Shown here: one piece after another, positions 57,243-64,000 of the stretch
How positions within the stretch are numbered: position 1 is the first letter of the stretch
Layout: each line of letters begins with the position of its first letter
DNA from: Candidatus Magasanikiibacteriota bacterium
GTDB taxonomy: Bacteria; Patescibacteriota; Patescibacteriia; Magasanikbacterales; UBA922
DNA length: 64,000 nt
Reading direction: 5' to 3'
Assembly (NCBI GenBank): GCA_003510435.1
Contig: DOMK01000009.1
Span: forward strand, 24,675 to 88,674
The notes under the pieces: model-generated
The model's input: the letters and a program-made list of their open reading frames with translations, nothing else
Told to the model about the DNA's origin: nothing
Database searches by the model: none
Made by a program: the position numbers and the translations under genes

Positions 57243-58673
57243 TTATTCCTTATTCCTTATTCCTTTCAAAAATGGAGAACCAACGGCAATAACATCAAAC
57301 CCGGCTTGTTGTAAATCAATATAATTATGTTGCAACATCCTCCGTCCATCCATTATAAGTGGTCTGTTTGGTAATTGCAAGATCAATTCCCCTAAGCCCC
57401 TAAATTGTGGCCAATCTGTGGCAATGATAATTACATCCACACCATTAGCTCCCCCTATAGGAGGGGTGGTAGGGATGGCCATCACACATTCTATTTCACT
57501 TTTACAATATACAAACTGATTTGATTCTGGAAAAACTTGTTTAAAAAAGTCCATCCCAGCCGGATCATAAATCTGGACAGTCTTAACTTGTTTTTCTTTC
57601 AAAAAATTACCAATCTCAATACTAGATGAATTGCGAATATCATTTGTATCACGTTTAAAAGCCACTCCGAGCAAAGCCACAGTTTTATCTGTCCAATCAA
57701 TTTGGGCTTCTTTTTCTGCTCGACCAAGAAAATTTTCTAATTGACGTTTATTGGCCAAATAAGTTTCATTTACCAGTATAGCATTAGTTCCCGTCGTCTG
57801 TAATTGATGAGATAATGATCTGGCATCTTTTATAAAACAACTACCTCCAGCGTAAAGACTATCATATAGTCCCCAGGAACCAATTCTCGGATCAGTGGTT
57901 AAAATCTTGCGTAAATTTTCAAATTGCAAATCAGAAAAAGTTTCACAAGTCCGACCGATCACATCAAAGCAAATAGCTAATTTGTTAAATAAATAAAAAT
58001 TGGCTAATAGTTTACCAGCGGCAGCTTCTTTTGGATTCACTTCTACATATTCGACATTGGGAGAATTGTAAAATCTCTGATAAACTTGTCTCATTATTAT
58101 AAAATCTTTTTCAGCCCAAGCGCCCACCACAATTCTATCTGGTTTTAATGAGCCAGAAATCGCTTTACCTTCAACTAAAAATTCTGGATTAGAAACTATA
58201 CCATAATTTTTTACCCCAGCTTTATCCATTATTTCTTGCGTATGATTTACCATATCAATCGGCACTGTACTCTTATTAACAATAATGATATATTTTTCTT
58301 GCTTACTTTGATTGCGTTTTAATAAACTGCATGCTAATTTTTCGGCCGCGTCAAAATAATAAGTTAAATTGCTCTCCCCTGTCTCGCCAATTTCCGGTGT
58401 AGGCAGACACATAAAAATAGCATCACAATCATCTAAAAATTTTTCTACCAAATTATAATCAAGCGTAAACTCGATTCTTTCTTTATTTCTAATTAATAAA
58501 TCTCCTAAGCCATTTTCAAACAAACAAGATTGTATGGTATCACGATCCCCGGAAGATAATAATTTTATTTTTTCTTCACTAATATCATACACCAAAGTAT
58601 TGTGTCCACTATCAGCTGAGACAGCGGCACTACATGCTCCAACAAAACCGGCTCCTATATAAAGTAACTTCAT
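57243..58673 (-). CDS. ugd: UDP-glucose/GDP-mannose 6-dehydrogenase
   Basis: GAGFVG, KSTVP, SNPEFL, GGSCFIKD, AFKRDTNDIRNS. Confidence 0.9.
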   Translation of the reverse strand: MKLLYIGAGFVGACSAAVSADSGHNTLVYDISEEKIKLLSSGDRDTIQSCLFENGLGDLLIRNKERIEFTLDYNLVEKFLDDCDAIFMCLPTPEIGETGESNLTYYFDAAEKLACSLLKRNQSKQEKYIIIVNKSTVPIDMVNHTQEIMDKAGVKNYGIVSNPEFLVEGKAISGSLKPDRIVVGAWAEKDFIIMRQVYQRFYNSPNVEYVEVNPKEAAAGKLLANFYLFNKLAICFDVIGRTCETFSDLQFENLRKILTTDPRIGSWGLYDSLYAGGSCFIKDARSLSHQLQTTGTNAILVNETYLANKRQLENFLGRAEKEAQIDWTDKTVALLGVAFKRDTNDIRNSSSIEIGNFLKEKQVKTVQIYDPAGMDFFKQVFPESNQFVYCKSEIECVMAIPTTPPIGGANGVDVIIIATDWPQFRGLGELILQLPNRPLIMDGRRMLQHNYIDLQQAGFDVIAVGSPFLKGIRNKE

Positions 58674-58677
58674 AAAA

Positions 58678-59427
58678 TTATTTTTTAAATAAATATTGTT
58701 TAATTTTAGATAAAATACGTCTTGTAATAAAAAATCTTGGAATTTTAAAATTATTTATAGCCCAAGCTTTTTTTAATTCTTGCCAGCCTTTTTTCCGTTG
58801 TTTATAACTCTGTCCACTAAAACCACCTTCTCGCATACAAACAAAAGTTTGTGGTAAATAATTAACTTTCAAACCATTTTTTAAAAATCTTAACATTAAT
58901 CCATAATCCGCTGCAATTCTAAAATCCAAATTGAATAAACCAAATTTATTATAAATCTCTTTTTTCACAAAAAAAGCTGGGTGGGGCATTATCCAACCAC
59001 AGTTTAATTTTTCTTCTTTATATTCCCCTGCTCGCCAAAATCTTACTTGTTTTTTTATATCTTTTCTATTCACATAAATAATATCACCATAAACAGCGTC
59101 TGAACTGGTATTTTCAAATTGACTGATGATATTATTAAAAATTTGATCATTAAAATAAAAATCATCAGAATTTATAATTCCTACCACTTCACCCGTAGCC
59201 ATATTTATTCCTTTATTCATAGCGTCGTAAATACCTTTGTCTGGCTCAGAAACTATTTTAGCAATTTTATCTCTATACTTGTCTACTATTTGCAAAGTAC
59301 TATCTTTTGAACCACCATCAACTATTATATATTCCAAATCAGAATAATTCTGGGCTATTACACTTTTTATAGTATCTTCTATAGTTTCAGCGCTATTATA
59401 GGAAACAGTAATAATTGATAATTTCAT
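58678..59427 (-). CDS. GT2 glycosyltransferase (WcaE-like)
   Basis: SEPDKGIYDAMNKG, NSDD, HPAFF. Confidence 0.9.
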   Translation of the reverse strand: MKLSIITVSYNSAETIEDTIKSVIAQNYSDLEYIIVDGGSKDSTLQIVDKYRDKIAKIVSEPDKGIYDAMNKGINMATGEVVGIINSDDFYFNDQIFNNIISQFENTSSDAVYGDIIYVNRKDIKKQVRFWRAGEYKEEKLNCGWIMPHPAFFVKKEIYNKFGLFNLDFRIAADYGLMLRFLKNGLKVNYLPQTFVCMREGGFSGQSYKQRKKGWQELKKAWAINNFKIPRFFITRRILSKIKQYLFKK

Positions 59428-59429
59428 AT

Positions 59430-60632
59430 TTATAATTCATTATAAAGTTTAAAATAACTAGACAGAAATCTTTCTTTTGTATAATTAGCCAAAATATATT
59501 CTCTAGCATCAATTCCTTTATCTTTTAAAATTTCTTCATTATTTAATAAATCTACCATATTTTTAGCTAACTGTCCACTATCAACAGGCACTAATCTACC
59601 TACTTTTTCATTAATTAAATCTCTTAAAGCTAAAATATCAAAACCCAAAACTGGCAAACCACAAGACAAAGCTTCTAATACTGTTAAAGGCATAGTTTCA
59701 ACCAAAGAAGTAAAACATAAAACATCTGATAAAGCTAAATAGTCAGATAATATATGTTTATCTTTTATATAACCCACCAATCGGACATTTTCTTTTGCAT
59801 AAAAAACTCCTTTACCTAAACCTAAAAATAAATAATCATTTTTATCTAAAATTTTAATTAAATCAATAATATAGTTCATTCCTTTATTTTTGTCTTTAAA
59901 ATCACCAATATTAAACAAAATAATTTTTTTGTCTATGGGCAAATTATATTTTACACGTAAAGCTGTTCTGTTACTTGTTGGTTGAAATAAATTAGTATCT
60001 ACACCGTTAGTAATTGTTCTTATTTCAAACTTGTTTAAAAATGATTTTCTTATATTATTGGTCAACCACTGGGCAGGTGAAATAATTATTGGACTCCAAT
60101 CTAAACTAAAAATCTTTTTCTTTCTCTTCAAATTATACTTAGCTAAAATTGGCCAATAATTTTTTGGATAAGAATATTTATTTTTACATTTTCCCTCTAA
60201 AGTCTGACAGTGTTCACAACCCATACTATGTGCTGACAACCAAGTAATTGCCCATTCATCATGCAATGTCCAAATTACTCTAATTTTTTCTTTAGCCAAA
60301 AATTTTATAAAAAAAGAAAAATTTAGATAATAACCATGCAGATTGTGCAAATGAATCAAATCAAATTTTTCTCTTTTTATAAAATTAATTAACTTGCGAG
60401 TAGAAAAAAAATTACCAAAGCCTTCCAAGCCAAAAAAACGTACTAAACAAATATGAAATAAAGTTTCTAACCAATTACCAAAACAAAATACTCTTGGCAA
60501 ATTATTTTTTTTACCTCGACCAAAAGCGAAATAAAATTCACAATTATTATTTGTAGAAAAAAACAAATCCTGAGCAATGGTTGCTGCCCCACCCTGGTCA
60601 AAAGTAGTATTAATTATTAATACTTTTTTCAT
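59430..60632 (-). CDS. GT4 glycosyltransferase (WcaC-like)
   Basis: GGAA, HLHNLHG, WTLHD, ETMPLTVLEA. Confidence 0.88.
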   Translation of the reverse strand: MKKVLIINTTFDQGGAATIAQDLFFSTNNNCEFYFAFGRGKKNNLPRVFCFGNWLETLFHICLVRFFGLEGFGNFFSTRKLINFIKREKFDLIHLHNLHGYYLNFSFFIKFLAKEKIRVIWTLHDEWAITWLSAHSMGCEHCQTLEGKCKNKYSYPKNYWPILAKYNLKRKKKIFSLDWSPIIISPAQWLTNNIRKSFLNKFEIRTITNGVDTNLFQPTSNRTALRVKYNLPIDKKIILFNIGDFKDKNKGMNYIIDLIKILDKNDYLFLGLGKGVFYAKENVRLVGYIKDKHILSDYLALSDVLCFTSLVETMPLTVLEALSCGLPVLGFDILALRDLINEKVGRLVPVDSGQLAKNMVDLLNNEEILKDKGIDAREYILANYTKERFLSSYFKLYNEL

Positions 60633-61695
60633 ATTTTTCTTTAAAAATTTTTAAAACTTCTCTAGCTCTGTCACCTACTTCATGTTTGTCTTTTAAAAGT
60701 CTTTCATAACCAGCCTGAGCTACTTCTGTTCGTTTTTTTTCATTTGCCAAATAATATCTTAATTTTTCGAGTAATTCTTCTTTGGATTTAAAATAATCAG
60801 CCTCTTTGCCTTGTGCAAATAAACTATTCAAATCATCACTATATTCACTAAGCATCAAAGATTTCGTGGCTGGTATTTCAAAACACCGACGAGTATAAGT
60901 ATCATTATTTCTTTTGGATAAAAATACCAAACAAATTTTTGCACTATTCAAAGCTGAATTATATTCCACATTATCCAGATTATCAATTGGACCAATTTTA
61001 TGGGTAAAATAGTTATAATACTTTGATTTTATCCACGAAGACCCACCAAATAATTTTATATTTACTCCCCTGTCAAATAAAAATTTAATATATTCATCTC
61101 GACCATCGTCCTCAAAATGTCCTACAAACACCACATCAGATTTAAAACGGCTTTCATCATCTTTATCAATATAAAAATTTCTTTCTTTGATATAACATGA
61201 TCGAAGTAAACTAACATTACTGTATCCTAATTTTTTATAATCAATAATATTTTTTTCACGATAAGAAAAAATATGGTCATAAAATGGAATAGCCTTTATA
61301 AAATGACGCCAAAAATAAAAAGGATAATTTTTACTAAAAGGATCATCATTATTATAGCCAAATATTATTATTCCATTTTTTTTAATTTTTTTTAAAGTCT
61401 TTGCTAATATATGAGTTCCTCTATAGATAAAAATTAAATCTGGTCTAAATGCTTCTACTTTCTTTAACAAATCTCTATTTAAATATCCAAAGGCTGGACC
61501 AATCAAATACTTATTTTGAAATTTATAATAAATTTTTTCAAAAATATTTCTTTTTGTTTCCATGCCATATTGATAACCTTTAAAAAATTGCCACCAAGAA
61601 AATCTGTCAGTTTCATAACCACAATCAACAAAAGCCTTCAAAAAAGCTTCTTCATAAATAGCTGAATGAAAATCACCGACTACTAGAATTTTCAT
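60610..61695 (-). CDS. CgeB/YkvP-like glycosyltransferase
   Basis: DVVFVGH, RRCFEIPA; ATG 61695. Confidence 0.8.
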   Translation of the reverse strand: MKILVVGDFHSAIYEEAFLKAFVDCGYETDRFSWWQFFKGYQYGMETKRNIFEKIYYKFQNKYLIGPAFGYLNRDLLKKVEAFRPDLIFIYRGTHILAKTLKKIKKNGIIIFGYNNDDPFSKNYPFYFWRHFIKAIPFYDHIFSYREKNIIDYKKLGYSNVSLLRSCYIKERNFYIDKDDESRFKSDVVFVGHFEDDGRDEYIKFLFDRGVNIKLFGGSSWIKSKYYNYFTHKIGPIDNLDNVEYNSALNSAKICLVFLSKRNNDTYTRRCFEIPATKSLMLSEYSDDLNSLFAQGKEADYFKSKEELLEKLRYYLANEKKRTEVAQAGYERLLKDKHEVGDRAREVLKIFKEKYEKSINN

Positions 61696-62599
61696 AATTA
61701 TTGGTAAAATCAATAATATTATTATGGATTAAATACTGTTTTCCACAACTCTGACAGACGAGTACATTATCAATTCTGTTTAATTTGTCATTTTTGCAAT
61801 CAAGACAGACCAAATAATCAAAAATATTAATCAATTTATTACGCTTATTTTGAGAAAAAATTACTCGAAAAATTTTTAAAACAAACTGCTTTATTTTTAT
61901 TTTTAAATTAATATTAGCTTTTTGAGTTGATTCGGAATCTTGATATTGCCAATCAAATTTATATTCGGGATTTAAAATTTTATATTTAATTCCACCAGTT
62001 TGTCTATTCCAATAATAACGGACATGAAAATGAAATGGAAACTTAGTCAACCAATTGGGAAAAATTTCTTTTGCCTTGCCAAAAAGATGCTCCAAATCTA
62101 TATCAACAGTAGATGCTGTTTTTTTTCTAATCATTAGACAATTATTTTCTTCTGAAATTTCAAGCCGGTGTGCCTTATAATTAGTCAATCTCTCCATAAA
62201 TGCATCCGGCACTTCAATATAGCCTGCTTTAGCTACTCTCTGTATTTCCGATAAAAACTTATCTGGATCCATTGAGTGTTCCAAAACATGAGAAGCAATC
62301 AAAAAATCAAATGAACTATCCTTAAATGGTAAATTTTCCACAAAGGCCAAAACAGTCGGACGATCAGAGACTAAAGGGACAAAACCTCGTTCTCCAGTAT
62401 TAAGATAAGCATCACAAAGAATATTAGCTCTAAAATAAGGACTGCCACCACTACCTACCTCTAATACTAAATCTGTTTTTTTTACTGGACAATACAACCA
62501 ACGCAAAGACCAGGCCAAAGAATTCAAACCTAATCTGATAAGCAAATGCATTAAAAAACTTTCTTTTTTAAATATATTTTTATTTTCTACATTCAACAT
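61673..62599 (-). CDS. SAM methyltransferase with C-terminal Trm112-like zinc finger
   Basis: VLEVGSG, LPFKD..FD..IASHVLEH; YLVCLDC...LVCQSCGKQY.I.NNI. Confidence 0.8.
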   Translation of the reverse strand: MLNVENKNIFKKESFLMHLLIRLGLNSLAWSLRWLYCPVKKTDLVLEVGSGGSPYFRANILCDAYLNTGERGFVPLVSDRPTVLAFVENLPFKDSSFDFLIASHVLEHSMDPDKFLSEIQRVAKAGYIEVPDAFMERLTNYKAHRLEISEENNCLMIRKKTASTVDIDLEHLFGKAKEIFPNWLTKFPFHFHVRYYWNRQTGGIKYKILNPEYKFDWQYQDSESTQKANINLKIKIKQFVLKIFRVIFSQNKRNKLINIFDYLVCLDCKNDKLNRIDNVLVCQSCGKQYLIHNNIIDFTNNYENSSSR

Positions 62600-63278
62600 A
62601 TAATGATTCAAAAGTACCCACGTCTAAAGAATTAGTGTTTGGACACGCTCCAACAGAACAACTTTGTTTTACTATTTCTTTAAAAACCACACCATCCAGT
62701 TCCTTTTTCAGCATGGCAAAATCATACATATATTTGTGACCAGAAAAAATATATTCATAAGGTTTAAAAAAATATGATTCTAATATTTTTTCTTTATCTC
62801 CATCTTTAAACATTTCTAACACAACTTCTAAATCTGGCACCACCACTCTCATTAAACCACCTGGTTTTAATATCCGATAACATTCTTTTAAAAATTTTTC
62901 AGCATCTTCTTTGTAAAGATGCTCAAGAAAATGACTGTGATAGATAACATCAACAGAATTATCATTAAATGGTAAGCCTCTACGCAAATCATGAAAGTAC
63001 AAACCAATCTCTTTAATAATTCTATTGTATCTCTCAAAAGTATAATGTACAGATGTACCAGAAATGCCATAAAGTATTTTATTGATAAAGGTAAATTTTC
63101 TTGATCCTAGAAGAGCTGTTGGACCGGCATCAACATTATACCAACCGTCTTCAACTTCCATTCCACAACCAAAATTTACTTTAACTTCACCTGGTGCTGT
63201 TTTTATTTTTCTATTTTTTAATATAAACGAGAATAATGACACTAATATGGCAATAATTTTCTTTTTCATAATAAACAT
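62580..63278 (-). CDS. SAM methyltransferase (type 11)
   Basis: VNFGCG, SHFLEHL, ECYRILKPGG.MRVVVPD. Confidence 0.85.
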   Translation of the reverse strand: MFIMKKKIIAILVSLFSFILKNRKIKTAPGEVKVNFGCGMEVEDGWYNVDAGPTALLGSRKFTFINKILYGISGTSVHYTFERYNRIIKEIGLYFHDLRRGLPFNDNSVDVIYHSHFLEHLYKEDAEKFLKECYRILKPGGLMRVVVPDLEVVLEMFKDGDKEKILESYFFKPYEYIFSGHKYMYDFAMLKKELDGVVFKEIVKQSCSVGACPNTNSLDVGTFESLYVECRK

Positions 63279-63281
63279 AAT

Positions 63282-64000
63282 TTAATTTGATTTAAAAATT
63301 TTAGGAATATCTTTTATGGATCTACCTAGAGTAGAAAAAAACTTAGCTTTATTTTGTGCTAAAATAATATTTGGCAATAATGATAAGACAAGAGTGACAA
63401 AAATATTTCTGATAATTAATTTAGGGAAATGTTTAAAATATTTATACCACATGTAAAGATGATTTCTAAAAATAAAATAGTATCTTTCTGGTGAATACAG
63501 TGCCACTCTTCTACCTAAAAATTTTTGTGGTGTACCACCAACATGAAACAAATAAATATTTGAAACAAGAGATATGGAATAACCAGCCAAAATTGATTTA
63601 AGACAATAATCATAATCCACCCAATCAATAAATAATCTCTCATCAAAACCACCAACTAAATTATATAATTTTAAATTTAAAAAAGAACCAGACGTTATTA
63701 ATAATTGTACTGAATTTAAAGTTGATTCTAAATTCTCTTTGGGTGATTTATAACTACTATAATCTGTGGGTGTAATTCCAATCACAGAAATTTTTGACCA
63801 ATCTAGCGTATCGGCAAAAGCAACATATTTTTGTATCATTTGTTCGGAAAAAAAAGAATCTTGATCCATGGTTAACAAAATATCATACCCCTCTTGAATC
63901 GCTCTAACCGCGGTATTATTCAAAACATTAGAAATTCCATTGTTTTTAAGATTTGGAATATACTCAATTTTTGTAGACAAATCAACAACTGAATCTTTGT
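63282..64000 (-). CDS. GT2 rhamnosyltransferase-like, 5'-truncated by the window edge
   Basis: LTMDQDS, LITSGS, GFDERLFIDWVD, RYYFIFRN. Confidence 0.85.
   Translation of the reverse strand, partial: KDSVVDLSTKIEYIPNLKNNGISNVLNNTAVRAIQEGYDILLTMDQDSFFSEQMIQKYVAFADTLDWSKISVIGITPTDYSSYKSPKENLESTLNSVQLLITSGSFLNLKLYNLVGGFDERLFIDWVDYDYCLKSILAGYSISLVSNIYLFHVGGTPQKFLGRRVALYSPERYYFIFRNHLYMWYKYFKHFPKLIIRNIFVTLVLSLLPNIILAQNKAKFFSTLGRSIKDIPKIFKSN

Noticed and set aside
1..64000. Alternative genetic code (TGA=Gly as in Gracilibacteria/Absconditabacteria)
   Set aside because: Conserved genes are full-length under code 11, and TGA ends genes such as tsaE and the WcaJ-like transferase at expected positions.

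Overview
AT-rich bacterial chromosome segment in standard genetic code 11, with TGA used as a stop. The gene repertoire and style point to a Patescibacteria/CPR (Parcubacteria-like) genome, which is inference: Elp3, archaeal-type PyrH, split ComEC, PilT, LeuRS with an inserted domain, S8+FG-GAP surface protease, CCA-less tRNAs and mostly SD-less starts. The window holds about 55 housekeeping, tRNA-modification, competence and envelope genes, three tRNAs (Glu-CTC, CAT, Pro-CGG) and a surface-polysaccharide cluster at about 46.9-64 kb. No CRISPR, rRNA, integrase or transposase was seen. Most notable: (1) a divergent Elp3 / Trm9(ALKBH8)-like methyltransferase pair next to an unannotated LysW-like zinc-ribbon gene, suggesting a eukaryote/archaea-type cm5U-to-mcm5U wobble pathway; (2) several families of non-autonomous palindromic and 7-9-nt-period repeat elements that sit at gene junctions, donate stop codons, nest in each other and are inserted in-frame in at least ten proteins; (3) a promoter- and terminator-bounded, about 350-nt GC-rich structured RNA candidate with a perfect tRNA T-arm (22.74-23.09 kb); (4) a 6S-RNA-like rod upstream of rny; (5) GC-rich islets with SD sites encoding orphan membrane proteins; (6) a methyltransferase split at a G8 tract. 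All calls are by eye from motifs; no database searches or folding programs were run.
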